Shown in pieces: positions 1 through 12,369 of a stretch of DNA of 43,474 nt. Position numbers and translations under genes: made by a program. The stretch is taken from the sequence record SRR20825006_493; one strand, given 5' to 3'. The notes under the pieces are model-generated. The model ran no database searches and had not been told where the DNA came from. It was given only the letters and a program-made list of their open reading frames with translations. Every line of letters begins with the position of its first letter. The stretch's first letter is position 1.

Positions 1-246
1 GGAGCATTCAAATCTCGATTATCGAGTAAATTACTTTGCACTAAAAATCAATTTGACACGAAATCAAAAATAAATCTTTTATTCCATGCCTAACGGAACT
101 CTTCTATGTTGTGAGAAAGATATATCTGTAAATTATGACAAAAAATTGCGTGAAATAATATAAAAAATAAGTTCATAACAATACTTATAAAACAAATATG
201 AAATTTGAAAAATAAATTGTTATTTTAGTGCATATTTACGAGTGCT

Positions 247-720
247 ATGTCAAAAAAACTTACCAGAATATTAATTGCAGTAGTAGTATGTTTAGTTGTT
301 GGCTTTCTCTCTGGATTTGCCACACAAAGCTCTGTAGACACATGGTATCCCACACTCAATAAGCCCTCTTTCAATCCTCCAAATTGGATTTTTGCCCCTG
401 TATGGACAATCTTATATATTATAATGGGAATTTCCGCTGGAATTGTATGGGCAAGAGGTTTTTATCATTTATGGGTAAAAACAGCGTTGTATCATTTCGG
501 ATTTCAACTGTTATTTAATGCTATGTGGAGTATTGTTTTTTTTGGATTTCAAAAACCATTTTGGGCTTTACTCATCATAATAACACTTGTTGTCCTCATT
601 TTACTTACCATTAAATGGTTTAAAGTAGTAAATAGGGTAGCTGCGTATTTGTTAATTCCTTACTTATTATGGGTTTGCTTTGCCACCATCCTAAATTTTA
701 GCATTTGGCAACTTAATTAA
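247..720 (+). CDS. tspO: TspO/MBR family tryptophan-rich sensory (translocator) protein
   Basis: 157 aa with 5 hydrophobic segments; signature WYPTLNKPSFNPPNWIFAPVWTILY, LLFNAMWSIVFFG and LLIPYLLWVCFATILN. Confidence 0.95.
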   Translation: MSKKLTRILIAVVVCLVVGFLSGFATQSSVDTWYPTLNKPSFNPPNWIFAPVWTILYIIMGISAGIVWARGFYHLWVKTALYHFGFQLLFNAMWSIVFFGFQKPFWALLIIITLVVLILLTIKWFKVVNRVAAYLLIPYLLWVCFATILNFSIWQLN

Positions 721-1973
721 GCTACTTCTGTTATTGCTTTAGCAACAATATAAGCACCCGTCCATGCATTTTGGAAATTAAATCCTCCTGTAATGGCGTC
801 AACGTTAATAACCTCGCCAGCTAGAAACATATTCTTACAAATTTTACTTTCGTAGGTTTTAAAATTAATTTCTTTTAAATCTACTCCTCCAGCAGTTACA
901 AACTCTTCTTTAAATGTACTTTTCCCATTCACATCAAATGTGGCCTCTGTAAGTTCTTGTGATAACTGCTGTAGTTGATTTTTATTAACTTCCGCCCATT
1001 TATGCAGATTTGTAATCCCTGAAACCTCTAATATTTTAAACCATAATCGTTTTGGAATCTCAAACGGACGCGTATTAAAAACAAGCTTTTTAGCTTCGGA
1101 AGTTTTTAACTCTTTTAAATCTGATAAAACTTCTTCCTGATTATATGTTGGCAACCAGTTTACTTGAATTTTAAACTGATAATTCTGTTCAAATAATTTA
1201 CGAGCTCCCCATGCTGATAACTTTAAAATAGCAGGGCCACTCATCCCCCAATGCGTTATTAAAAGTGGTCCTTTTGCAGTTGCTTTTTGTCCGTTTTCTA
1301 GTTTTATAGGATTATTTTTACGGTCTATTAATTTCACTTCCGCAGGAGATGAGAGTCCCATTAACCCATTAATTCGTATATCTTTGATGTTAAAAGTAAA
1401 TAAAGACGGAACTGGAGATACAATTGTATGTCCAAGTGCTGCCAACTGATTCCATATTTTAGGGTTACTCCCAGTGCTGATTACAATTTTTTTTGTCTGA
1501 AAAATACCTTGTGAAGTTTCAATCTCCCATGAAGAATTTTCGGACGATAACTCTTTTATATTCTTAACTCCACAGCTGGTATTTACTTTTATACCCAACC
1601 GCTCTGTTTCTGCTAAAAAACAATCGATAATAGTTTGTGAAGAATCACTTTCTGGAAACATGCGCCCGTCTTCTTCAATTTTCAAAGCAACCCCTCTGTC
1701 TTCAAAAAAAGCAACCGTATCCCCGCTACAAAATGTATGAAAAGGACCTCTAAGTTCTTTCTCCCCTCTAGGATATGATTTTACTAATTCATTGGGAACA
1801 AATTCAGCATGCGTAACATTACAACGTCCGCCACCAGAAACTTTAACCTTGGTGAGTACTTCCTTTCCTCGCTCCAAAATAACTACTTTTAATTGCGGAT
1901 TATGGGTTGCAATTTGTATGGCCGAAAAAAAACCAGCAGCGCCACCTCCTACAATTATCACATCGAATATCAT
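717..1973 (-). CDS. NAD(P)/FAD-dependent oxidoreductase, HI0933/YhiN/BaiN family
   Basis: GGGAAG dinucleotide-binding motif, KVKVSGGGRCNVT, GRMFPESD, LITHWGMSGPAIL, VTAGGV, AGEVINVDAITGGFNFQNAW. Confidence 0.93.
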   Translation of the reverse strand: MIFDVIIVGGGAAGFFSAIQIATHNPQLKVVILERGKEVLTKVKVSGGGRCNVTHAEFVPNELVKSYPRGEKELRGPFHTFCSGDTVAFFEDRGVALKIEEDGRMFPESDSSQTIIDCFLAETERLGIKVNTSCGVKNIKELSSENSSWEIETSQGIFQTKKIVISTGSNPKIWNQLAALGHTIVSPVPSLFTFNIKDIRINGLMGLSSPAEVKLIDRKNNPIKLENGQKATAKGPLLITHWGMSGPAILKLSAWGARKLFEQNYQFKIQVNWLPTYNQEEVLSDLKELKTSEAKKLVFNTRPFEIPKRLWFKILEVSGITNLHKWAEVNKNQLQQLSQELTEATFDVNGKSTFKEEFVTAGGVDLKEINFKTYESKICKNMFLAGEVINVDAITGGFNFQNAWTGAYIVAKAITEVA

Positions 1974-1977
1974 GGCG

Positions 1978-1985
1978 CAAAGATA
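1978..1985 (-). promoter_or_regulatory. Bacteroidota -7 promoter element (TATCTTTG) of the HI0933-family gene, probably leaderless
   Basis: Exact TAnnTTTG on the minus strand, ending 4 nt before the ATG at 1973; no -33 TTTG seen at the canonical spacing. Confidence 0.55.
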
Positions 1986-2055
1986 CAGTTATTTTGAGTT
2001 TAATAGTTGATAGTACAAAAATTGATGAATCATAGGAAACAAGAATAAAGATGCT

Positions 2056-2200
2056 TCTCTGTTCTCTTATCTCCCGCATACTTTGTACTGAATACTTAAT
2101 TCTGCTAACTGCTACTGAAAACTGTACACTACTCTTCAGACTCCCGATTATTTATTCCCGCATAAAGCATACTTTGTACTCCGTACTCTATACTTAATAC
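2056..2200. repeat. Degenerate 7-nt-period tandem repeats
   Basis: TACT at 2079/2086/2093 and 2170/2177/2184/2191; CTG at 2102/2109/2115/2122; TCT at 2056/2063/2070; GCATACTTTGTACT duplicated at 2076-2089 and 2167-2180. Confidence 0.8.
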
Positions 2201-2206
2201 CGCCTA

Positions 2207-2959
2207 TTATTCACTAATTCGTTCAGGAAAATCGGTTATAATCCCATCAACTTTAAAAGATTTCATTTTAGAAATATCAACTGGCTCGTTAACCGTCCAC
2301 GGATATACTTTAAAATTTTTAGCATGCATTTTCGCTACATTCTCAGCGTTTAAGCTTTTATATGAAGGGTGAATAGCAACAGCATTTAGCTTTTCACCTT
2401 CTGCTATTGCATCATCAATTTTTTTACTGACTAAAATTCCAATTGGCATTTCTGGGTTTAAGCGATGTGTTTCTTCTAGCTCTTCCCATTTAAAGCTCGA
2501 AATGATAAAATCGGAGTTTTTCCATCCTTTTTCAGTTATGTACTGCTGAAGAATTTTATGGACAGGAACTGCTGTATTTGATCCTTTTAATTCTATATTG
2601 AGCACTACTCTTTTATCAATCAAATCCAAAACCTCTTTTAAAGTTGGAATTTTCACTCCTCCTTCTAAAGACAACGTATCTAAAGTTAACTTTGTATAAT
2701 TCTCTATAGAACCTGTAGCTTCTGTTAAACGGTCTACTGTATCGTCATGAAAAACAACTATAGAACCATCTGCAATTTTAAAAACATCTATTTCTATGGC
2801 GTCGGCTCCAAGAGCTATTCCTTTTTCTATGGAAGGTAAACTGTTTTCAACCACATGCCCTCGGGCACCTCTATGTCCAATAATAATGGGTTCTTGCATC
2901 TGACTATAACTTTGAAAAAACACTAACAGTGCTCCTAAAACAACTACTTTTTTTATCAT
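2207..2959 (-). CDS. Glycerophosphodiester phosphodiesterase (GDPD) with signal peptide
   Basis: IIGHRGARG, ENS, EIDV, VFHD, IELK, ISSF, WTVN and VDGIITDFP motifs; start moved from 2977 to 2959 because MIKKVVVLGALLVFFQSYSQ reads as a signal peptide. Confidence 0.92.
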   Translation of the reverse strand: MIKKVVVLGALLVFFQSYSQMQEPIIIGHRGARGHVVENSLPSIEKGIALGADAIEIDVFKIADGSIVVFHDDTVDRLTEATGSIENYTKLTLDTLSLEGGVKIPTLKEVLDLIDKRVVLNIELKGSNTAVPVHKILQQYITEKGWKNSDFIISSFKWEELEETHRLNPEMPIGILVSKKIDDAIAEGEKLNAVAIHPSYKSLNAENVAKMHAKNFKVYPWTVNEPVDISKMKSFKVDGIITDFPERISE

Positions 2960-3120
2960 TTTTATACAAATAAACATATCTTGAATAATTGATTTTTAAA
3001 TATTTTATATGATTACAAAAAAATCACTCTCTCTTAAAAGCTGTTGCTTTATTCATTTTCCTTTGTGAAGGTAATTATTTTAGTCATAATTAATCCTTCC
3101 ATGAGGGTTTCATATAAAAT

Positions 3121-4986
3121 TTAGAGCTTAAAAATAAATGATTCTAAAGGAGCCAACGATACATTTATAAAACCTTCACCATTTCTTAATATTAGCTTGT
3201 TATTTTGTTGATATAACAAGTCCTCTAATTCATAGGTATTTTCCGATAACCCCCATTGAGAAATGATATCTTGAGGAATTCTAAGTTCAAACTGATGCGA
3301 AACTTCTGCATCAAAATTAGTAACCACAATTAGCTTTTCTTCCTTAGAGAATCTAACAAAAGAAAAAACACGGTGGTTATAATTTTCGGTATGTTCTTTA
3401 TTATAATAATGAATTTCTCGACTCTCCCCAGTAAGGGCATCATTACTTATGGCAATATTCAATAAGCGCTTGTAAAAGTTACGCAACGATTTTTCTTCTT
3501 CGGTTGATTGTCCGCCATCAAATTTTCCTTTATTCATCCATCTTTGGTGGGCTGGAACTCCAATATAGTCAAAAATGGAAGTCCTACTTGGATCGCCAAA
3601 ACCAGCATCCTCAGCGCCAGGCTCCCCCAATTCTTGTCCAAAATAAATCATTAACGGAGACGTTCCAATTGTTGCTAAAACCGTCATTGCAGGTTTTGCA
3701 GTATTAGCATTTCCAACAAACTCAGGACTCGCAATACGCTGTTCGTCATGGTTTTCAAGGAAATATAGCATATGAGATTCGATATCATCATACTTATTCC
3801 GAACAACTGGAATATGGTCTGTCCAGCCATAGCCTTTCATAATATGCTTCAACGAATCGTACATATCAACCTTATCATACAGATAATCCATTTTTCCTAA
3901 ACGAATGTAATCTCGATATAAATCAGGATTGTACACTTCCGCCATTAAAAAGGCATCTGGATTTTTCATTTTGATTGCAGAATTCATATAACTCCAAAAC
4001 TCTACGGGCACCATTTCTGCCATATCATAACGGAATCCATCAACCCCAAAATCAAGCCAATACAAGGCAATATCTTTAAACTTTACCCAAGAGGAGGGCA
4101 CCTCTTTTCCTTGCCAGAATTCAAAGTGTTTTTTATAGGACTCGCTATCAAAATTTTCTGGTAACGTATCAAAATCTCTATGTCCTTCTGGAGATACTCC
4201 ATAATTTACTTTTACCGTTTCATACCAATCGTTTTGATCTGGCTTAGAAGCTCTAGACCCATTTCCTGTCCATTTAGCAGGATTTTCATCAAATTCTCCA
4301 TCAATTAAAGCATTTGCTTCTCCTCCAAGTGGCAAATATCCATCTCTCCAATCTGGAAGAGAAAAAGCTTCGTTTGGCGAATAATAAAAGTTATTATTTT
4401 TATGATAAACAACCGAGGTATCATCAGAAGCTCCAAAACTTTCTACACCTTCTGGATTGCTAATTCCCTCGTAATCTCGAGCCACATGATTGGGAACAAT
4501 ATCAATAATTACTTTTAAATTCTTGTGGTGAGTACGCTCAATAAGCTCCTTAAATTCTGTTAACCTATTTGCGGGATTGGTTGCTAAATCAGGATTTACA
4601 TTGTAATAATCTTTTACCGCATAAGGAGAGCCTGCACGCCCTTTTACCACCTCTGGGTCGTCATTAGAAATTCCATACTCCGTATAATCATTCACTAAAG
4701 CATGATGCGGAACTCCAGTATACCAAATATGCGTTATTCCTAAATCTTTAATTTCCTGCAAAGCTTTATCGGTAAAATCGGCAAATTTACCAACTCCGTT
4801 TTCCTCAATAGTCCCCCATGGTTTATTGTTGGTATTGGTATTTCCAAACAAGCGTGTAAACACTTGATAAATTACAATTTTTGAAGGTTTTACCTCCTTA
4901 GTTTCTTCCATTATTTTTGTATTAGAACAAGCAACAACTAAAGATACTAAGATTATAAAAAGGAAGGTGCTTTTTAGTTTTATCAT
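3121..4986 (-). CDS. GH13 alpha-amylase-family lipoprotein (probably GH13_38 alpha-glucosidase-like)
   Basis: Lipobox VVAC; DIVPNH, GVDGFRYDMAEMV (Asp), FLMAEVY (Glu), FLENHDE (Asp); N-terminal YQVFTRLFGN..GVGKF; start at 4986 (ORF track 5001) lies 1 nt past the upstream stop; subfamily assigned from memory. Confidence 0.88.
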   Translation of the reverse strand: MIKLKSTFLFIILVSLVVACSNTKIMEETKEVKPSKIVIYQVFTRLFGNTNTNNKPWGTIEENGVGKFADFTDKALQEIKDLGITHIWYTGVPHHALVNDYTEYGISNDDPEVVKGRAGSPYAVKDYYNVNPDLATNPANRLTEFKELIERTHHKNLKVIIDIVPNHVARDYEGISNPEGVESFGASDDTSVVYHKNNNFYYSPNEAFSLPDWRDGYLPLGGEANALIDGEFDENPAKWTGNGSRASKPDQNDWYETVKVNYGVSPEGHRDFDTLPENFDSESYKKHFEFWQGKEVPSSWVKFKDIALYWLDFGVDGFRYDMAEMVPVEFWSYMNSAIKMKNPDAFLMAEVYNPDLYRDYIRLGKMDYLYDKVDMYDSLKHIMKGYGWTDHIPVVRNKYDDIESHMLYFLENHDEQRIASPEFVGNANTAKPAMTVLATIGTSPLMIYFGQELGEPGAEDAGFGDPSRTSIFDYIGVPAHQRWMNKGKFDGGQSTEEEKSLRNFYKRLLNIAISNDALTGESREIHYYNKEHTENYNHRVFSFVRFSKEEKLIVVTNFDAEVSHQFELRIPQDIISQWGLSENTYELEDLLYQQNNKLILRNGEGFINVSLAPLESFIFKL

Positions 4987-4987
4987 T

Positions 4988-6832
4988 TTACAAAACTTCA
5001 ATAATATAACTCGTTTTCCCAGCTATTTCCAGTTTTTCTTCTAAAGAAAAATTCTTTTCAGAAATAATATCTTTCCCTTGTTTAGCCTCTTTTAAATTTT
5101 CTTTAAAGCGACTCAAATCTAAGCTACGGTTTTCACTACTATTATTAACAACTACCATTACCGTTTGGTTTTCATTACTTCGAAAATATACATACACTTC
5201 ATTCTCTGGGAGGTATTGTGTTGTTTTTCCTGAATGAATTACCTTCTTATTTTTTCTCCAATTAAAAAGCTTCGAAGTAAAATTAAAATACTCATTTTGC
5301 GTTGCGGTTCGTCCGGAGGATAAAAATGCATTGTTAGAATCTCCTTCCCATCCGCCAGGAAAATCTCTTCGGATATCGCCATCCCCTTTTCCTTTGTCGC
5401 CTTTCATTCCTATTTCCGAACCATAATATAATTGTGGAATCCCTCGAACGGTAGCCATTAAGGTCATAACCAATTTATAATCTTCTATATTTTCATAAAT
5501 TTGATTGATACGTCCTGTGTCGTGATTTTCAGCAAAAACAAGAATATTATCAATATCAGGATATAAAAAATCGTTTACAAAATTTTCATATAACTGAATC
5601 GTTCCTTTATCCCACGACGGATTTTCCTCATTAAAAACGCTAGTAACAGCATCGTGCAACGTAAAATCCATTACACTCGGTAAATGCGTGTTATAATTCT
5701 GAATAGCTCCTACTTTACTATCCTTTTGCCAATAGGCAATTTGAGCTTGATCGTGCAGCCAAATTTCTCCTACAATATTAAAATTTGGATACTCATCCAT
5801 AATAGCTTTAGTCCAAGTTGCAACTCCCTCTTTATCGTTATAAGAATACGTATCCACTCTAAAACCGTCTAAATTGGCATACTCAATCCACCAAATAGCA
5901 TTTTGAATTAAGTAATTTAACACCAACGGATTTTGCTGATTTAAATCGGGCATCGTTTTTACAAACCACCCATCCATGCACATTTTATAATCAATTTCCG
6001 AAGCATTTGGATCCATTTGCGTACTCATTCGGTAATTTGTTTGCGCATACCCAGGAAATTGATGAATCCAATCGTAAGTAGGTAAATCTTTAATCATCCA
6101 ATGCTCCACTCCCCAATGGTTCACCACATAATCCATAATAAGTTTCATTTCTCTTTTATGCAGTTCACTCCCCAATTTTTTATAATCTTCGTTAGTTCCG
6201 TAACGGGCATCAATTTTGTAAACATCGCTTTGTGCATAGGTATGATATGAGTATTTGGCATCGTTATCCTCACAAAGTGGCGTACTCCAAATTGCAGTTG
6301 CTCCAAGATTTTCTATATAATCTAGGTGTTGAATAATTCCATCAATATCGCCTCCATGACGACCACCTTGCTCTTCTCGGTTTGCTTTTTCTGTTAATGC
6401 TGAATTGCTATCGTTAGTAGGGTCTCCATTAGCAAAACGGTCTGGCATTACTAAATAAATCATATCAGAGGAGTCGAAACCTTTTCGGTTGGCTGAATTT
6501 TCACGTCTCGACTTTAATGCGTACTCCTTACTATCAACAATTTTTTTCCCTTTTTTAAAATTGATCGTATAATTTTTTGCTGAAGCATTTTCAGTTTCAA
6601 TAGTAACAAACAGATAGTTTGGATTCTCGGTTTTTTTAACCTCTTTGATTTCTAATCCGTCAATTTCTGGCGTTAAAGAAGAAATATTATCTCCATATAC
6701 CATTAATTGAAGTTCTGTTTTCTGCATTCCACTCCACCAAAATGGTGGCTCAATTTTTTTTATTTGTGCTTGCAGTGAAACACTTAAAAAAACAAATACT
6801 ATTGTGATAATAAAAGAATATTGATTTTTCAT
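4988..6832 (-). CDS. susA: GH13 cyclomaltodextrinase/neopullulanase, SusA-like, periplasmic
   Basis: Signal peptide; IEPPFWWSGM..LQLMVYG N-domain; YLVMPDRFANGD, GGDIDG, GFRVDT, VGEIW, ENHD. Confidence 0.88.
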   Translation of the reverse strand: MKNQYSFIITIVFVFLSVSLQAQIKKIEPPFWWSGMQKTELQLMVYGDNISSLTPEIDGLEIKEVKKTENPNYLFVTIETENASAKNYTINFKKGKKIVDSKEYALKSRRENSANRKGFDSSDMIYLVMPDRFANGDPTNDSNSALTEKANREEQGGRHGGDIDGIIQHLDYIENLGATAIWSTPLCEDNDAKYSYHTYAQSDVYKIDARYGTNEDYKKLGSELHKREMKLIMDYVVNHWGVEHWMIKDLPTYDWIHQFPGYAQTNYRMSTQMDPNASEIDYKMCMDGWFVKTMPDLNQQNPLVLNYLIQNAIWWIEYANLDGFRVDTYSYNDKEGVATWTKAIMDEYPNFNIVGEIWLHDQAQIAYWQKDSKVGAIQNYNTHLPSVMDFTLHDAVTSVFNEENPSWDKGTIQLYENFVNDFLYPDIDNILVFAENHDTGRINQIYENIEDYKLVMTLMATVRGIPQLYYGSEIGMKGDKGKGDGDIRRDFPGGWEGDSNNAFLSSGRTATQNEYFNFTSKLFNWRKNKKVIHSGKTTQYLPENEVYVYFRSNENQTVMVVVNNSSENRSLDLSRFKENLKEAKQGKDIISEKNFSLEEKLEIAGKTSYIIEVL

Positions 6833-7067
6833 CTGTTACTATTTATTGTTTTTGAATGGTCCGATGGAATGCCCTTGATTATCATATTGGTTGGTTTCCA
6901 AATTTGTTAATGGGCAATTCACAAGACTATCTTTAAGTTAATTATTTTATTTACAGCATTTTACATACCCCATAAAGAACACTACCTCTCAAAACCTTTG
7001 CTTTACTCATCTCCTTTTGTAGAGGTAACTATTTTGTTTATTACAAATCCCTAAAATCAGGTGCTCT

Positions 7068-9215
<2,148 letters not shown>

Positions 9216-9220
9216 CTAAA

Positions 9221-9284
9221 CTTCGACAAGCTCAGTTTGAAAAGCTCCTTTGACAAGCTCAGTTTGAAAAGCTCAGTTCGACAA
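9221..9284 (+). repeat. Tandem array of 13-14-nt units TTYGAMAAGCTCAG (REP-like)
   Basis: Units at 9222-9235, 9236-9248, 9249-9262, 9263-9276 and a partial unit at 9277-9284; GACAAGCTCAGTTTGAAAAGCTC exact at 9225-9247 and 9252-9274; degenerate copy at 9337-9358. Confidence 0.85.
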
Positions 9285-9363
9285 TAATTCAACAGAATCA
9301 ATTTAACAATAACCCGCCAAGCATTGTACACCAATATCTCGACGAGTTCAGTTTGACATTAAT

Positions 9364-11667
9364 TTATATGGTTGTTGAAGTTGCTTTTACCTCAACTTCT
9401 TTTCCGTTCAATTCAATTTTTAAATCCTCTTCTCCTACAACTGTAAATGTAGTTTCTTGATGACTCACATCTACTTTTACAATACTTCCTCTAAAATTAA
9501 CTTTAAAAGAAAAAGCTTTCCATTGTTTTGGAATCCGAGTTTCAAAAGTTAGGTTTCCATCTTTAATTCTCATTCCTCCAAAACCTTCAACAATACTCAT
9601 CCAAGTACCCGCCATAGAAGTAATGTGTAACCCTTCATGAACCTCTTTATTATAATCGTCTAAATCCAATCTAGAGGTACGTAAATAAAAGTTATAAGCC
9701 TGTTCCATTTTATTTAAAACAGCCGCTTGAATGCTGTGAACGCAAGGCGATAACGAAGATTCATGCACCGTAAAAGGCTCATAAAAATCGAAATGACGTG
9801 CCAATTCTTCTTTACTAAAATGGGCTTCAAAAAAGTAAAATCCTTGTAAGGTATCTGCTTGTTTTATGTAAGGCGAACGCAAAATTCTATCCCAAGACCA
9901 TTTTTGATTTATTGGTCGCTCGTCTTTTGAAAGATTTGCTACAGTAATTAATTCTTTATCCAGAAATCCATCCTGTTGTAAAAATACTTGATGCTCTTCA
10001 CTGTAAGGAAAATACATATTTTGAGCAACTTCCAACCATTGTTTTATTTCTTCAGAAGAAAGCTTTGCTTTTGAAATAACTCGTTCGTAATCTGAAGCGT
10101 ATTCCAACTTTACTTTCTCAATATTTTCGGTAGCATATTCAATACACCACTTTGCAATATAATTTGTAAACCAATTGTTGTTTACGTTGTTTTCGTATTC
10201 ATTAGGCCCCGTAACTCCAAGAATTACATATTTATTTTTAGCTGTTGAAAAGTTAGCTCTTTGGTGCCAAAAACGAGCAATTGCTATCATTACCTCCAAG
10301 CCCATTTCTGGAATGTAACTGTAATCTCCCGAATAGCGAACGTAATTATAAATAGCATACACCATGGAACCATTACGGTGAATTTCTTCAAAGGTAATTT
10401 CCCATTCGTTATGACTCTCTTCTCCATTCATTGTTACCATTGGATACAAAGCAGCTCCATTTTTAAAGCCTAATTTCTCTGCATTTTCTATAGCTTTTGA
10501 TAAATGGTTGTAACGATATTTTAAAAGATTTCTAGCTACTTTATCGTCTTTGGTAGCCATATAAAAAGGAATGCAATAAGCCTCGGTATCCCAATAAGTA
10601 CTCCCTCCATATTTCTCTCCTGTAAATCCTTTTGGACCAATATTTAAACGAGCATCTTTTCCAGAATAGGTTTGATTTAAATGAAAAATATTAAATCGGA
10701 TTCCTTGTTGCGCTTTTACATCGCCATCAATAGTAACATCTGCCATTTCCCAAATAGAAGCCCAAGCCTCTTTTTGCTTTTCTAGCAAGGCATCAAAACC
10801 AATTTTTGAAGCATTGCTTAGCACTTTTAATGAAGCTTCTACAAGATTTTCTGCTTTATAATTTAAAGAAGTAACATAGCCTCCCATTTTTTCAATTGCA
10901 GCAGTTTCTCCTTTTTTTGCTTCAATAGTATATGAAAAAGTAGCTTTTAGCGCTTCAATATTTTCTTGTGGAGCAATGGTTAGCTTCTCATTATTCAAGA
11001 ATAATGTACTAATCATTCCAGTACACACATGGTATTCTGTTTTATTAGTTTTAGAAACTACATACCCAAAATCATTTTGGGCTTCCGTTTTATAAACATC
11101 CCAGAAAGCATCGTCCCAATTAGTATCTTCATTAGTAATTCCACCATCTACATATGGTAAAAAAGTAATTTCTGCTGAAGTATTTAGCGGTGTTACCTCA
11201 TATTTTATAGCTCCTACTTCGTCCATTTCTAAACTTAAAAAACGAGTAGCAGTAACTTTTATCTGCACATTGTTTGGCAAAGTAGCTTTAAAACTACGTT
11301 GATGCCATCCTTCTTTCATATTTAATTCTCTACGGAAATCTTCAACCGATTTACACGTATTTAAATCTAACATTTCACCATTAACTAGCACGTTAATTCC
11401 TATCCAATTTGGCGCATTAAGTACTTTAGCAAAATACTCTGGATATCCATTTTTCCACCAACCAACACGAGTTTTATCAGGATAATAAACCCCTGCTATA
11501 TAACTCCCTTGGAAAGTAGCACCAGAATAATGCTCTTCAAAAGTTGCACGTTGCCCCATAGCACCGTTTCCAATACTAAATAAACTTTCAGACGATTTTA
11601 CTTTTTCTGGCTGAAATCCTTCTTCTATTAATGACCATTCGTTTGGTACAATATAATCCTGATTCAT
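9364..11667 (-). CDS. GH65 maltose phosphorylase
   Basis: ESLFSIGNG, PKGFTGEKYGGSTYWDTE, GPNEYE (catalytic Glu), KQAD, HESSLS, EGLHITSMAG; adjacent to pgmB; no signal peptide. Confidence 0.93.
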   Translation of the reverse strand: MNQDYIVPNEWSLIEEGFQPEKVKSSESLFSIGNGAMGQRATFEEHYSGATFQGSYIAGVYYPDKTRVGWWKNGYPEYFAKVLNAPNWIGINVLVNGEMLDLNTCKSVEDFRRELNMKEGWHQRSFKATLPNNVQIKVTATRFLSLEMDEVGAIKYEVTPLNTSAEITFLPYVDGGITNEDTNWDDAFWDVYKTEAQNDFGYVVSKTNKTEYHVCTGMISTLFLNNEKLTIAPQENIEALKATFSYTIEAKKGETAAIEKMGGYVTSLNYKAENLVEASLKVLSNASKIGFDALLEKQKEAWASIWEMADVTIDGDVKAQQGIRFNIFHLNQTYSGKDARLNIGPKGFTGEKYGGSTYWDTEAYCIPFYMATKDDKVARNLLKYRYNHLSKAIENAEKLGFKNGAALYPMVTMNGEESHNEWEITFEEIHRNGSMVYAIYNYVRYSGDYSYIPEMGLEVMIAIARFWHQRANFSTAKNKYVILGVTGPNEYENNVNNNWFTNYIAKWCIEYATENIEKVKLEYASDYERVISKAKLSSEEIKQWLEVAQNMYFPYSEEHQVFLQQDGFLDKELITVANLSKDERPINQKWSWDRILRSPYIKQADTLQGFYFFEAHFSKEELARHFDFYEPFTVHESSLSPCVHSIQAAVLNKMEQAYNFYLRTSRLDLDDYNKEVHEGLHITSMAGTWMSIVEGFGGMRIKDGNLTFETRIPKQWKAFSFKVNFRGSIVKVDVSHQETTFTVVGEEDLKIELNGKEVEVKATSTTI

Positions 11668-11669
11668 TT

Positions 11670-12329
11670 TTATTTAGGTTGAAGTGTTTTTAAAAAATTA
11701 AATGTTATTTCTGTGAAGCTCGAAAAATTATAATCGGCTTCTTTTAAGTTTTGTTCGTTTCCTAATCCTATTGAGATCATTCCTGCTGTATTTGCTGCTT
11801 CTATTCCTGCTTCGGCATCTTCAAAAACAATACAGTTATTTGGAGCTACATTAATTTTTTCTGCAGCAATTAAAAACACCTCTGGATTAGGTTTTGCTTT
11901 GGTAACGCTATTTCCATCAACTATAACGTCAAACAGATCCATTATACCTACCTTTTGTAAGATTTTAGGAGCATTTTTACTAGCCGATCCCAATGCAATT
12001 GGATACCCTCCTTTTTTAATCTCTGCGAGAATCTCTTTTATGCCAGGCAAAATATCTGCTGCTGTCATTTTATCAACATACGTTAGATAATCGGCATTTT
12101 TATTGGCTGCTAACTCATCAAATTTCTCTTGAGAAACTTCTGCATTAGCCCAGTTCAATATTTTCTTTAAGGAGTCTACTCTACTTACCCCTTTAAGTTG
12201 TTCGTTTTGTTGGTGTGTAAGTTCAAAATTAAATTCGGCTGCCGCTTTTTTCCACGCTAAAAAGTGGAACTTAGCAGTATCTACAATAACGCCGTCTAAA
12301 TCAAATATAAATCCTTTTTCTTCCTTCAT
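11670..12329 (-). CDS. pgmB: Beta-phosphoglucomutase (HAD family)
   Basis: FDLDGVIVDTA..HFLAW, LKGVSR, SASKNA, KPNPEVFL, FEDAEAG; 2 nt from the GH65 gene. Confidence 0.95.
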   Translation of the reverse strand: MKEEKGFIFDLDGVIVDTAKFHFLAWKKAAAEFNFELTHQQNEQLKGVSRVDSLKKILNWANAEVSQEKFDELAANKNADYLTYVDKMTAADILPGIKEILAEIKKGGYPIALGSASKNAPKILQKVGIMDLFDVIVDGNSVTKAKPNPEVFLIAAEKINVAPNNCIVFEDAEAGIEAANTAGMISIGLGNEQNLKEADYNFSSFTEITFNFLKTLQPK

Positions 12330-12369
12330 TTTAATTTCTTTTAAAACAAAGACTAATATTTTAGAAATA

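Noticed and set aside
1-246. 3' end of an upstream gene
   Set aside because: Plus-strand frames close within 93 nt with no recognisable protein, and the first 29 nt match a dispersed repeat
6868-7027. Weak inverted repeats between GH97 and susA (GAATGCCC/GGGCAATTC; TACCTCTCAAAA/TTTTGTAGAGGTA)
   Set aside because: Bulged stems with long loops and no U-tract on the coding strand; cannot be called a terminator or element with confidence
9221-9284. Possible CRISPR array
   Set aside because: Units are 13-14 nt and contiguous with no unique spacers; no cas genes in the window
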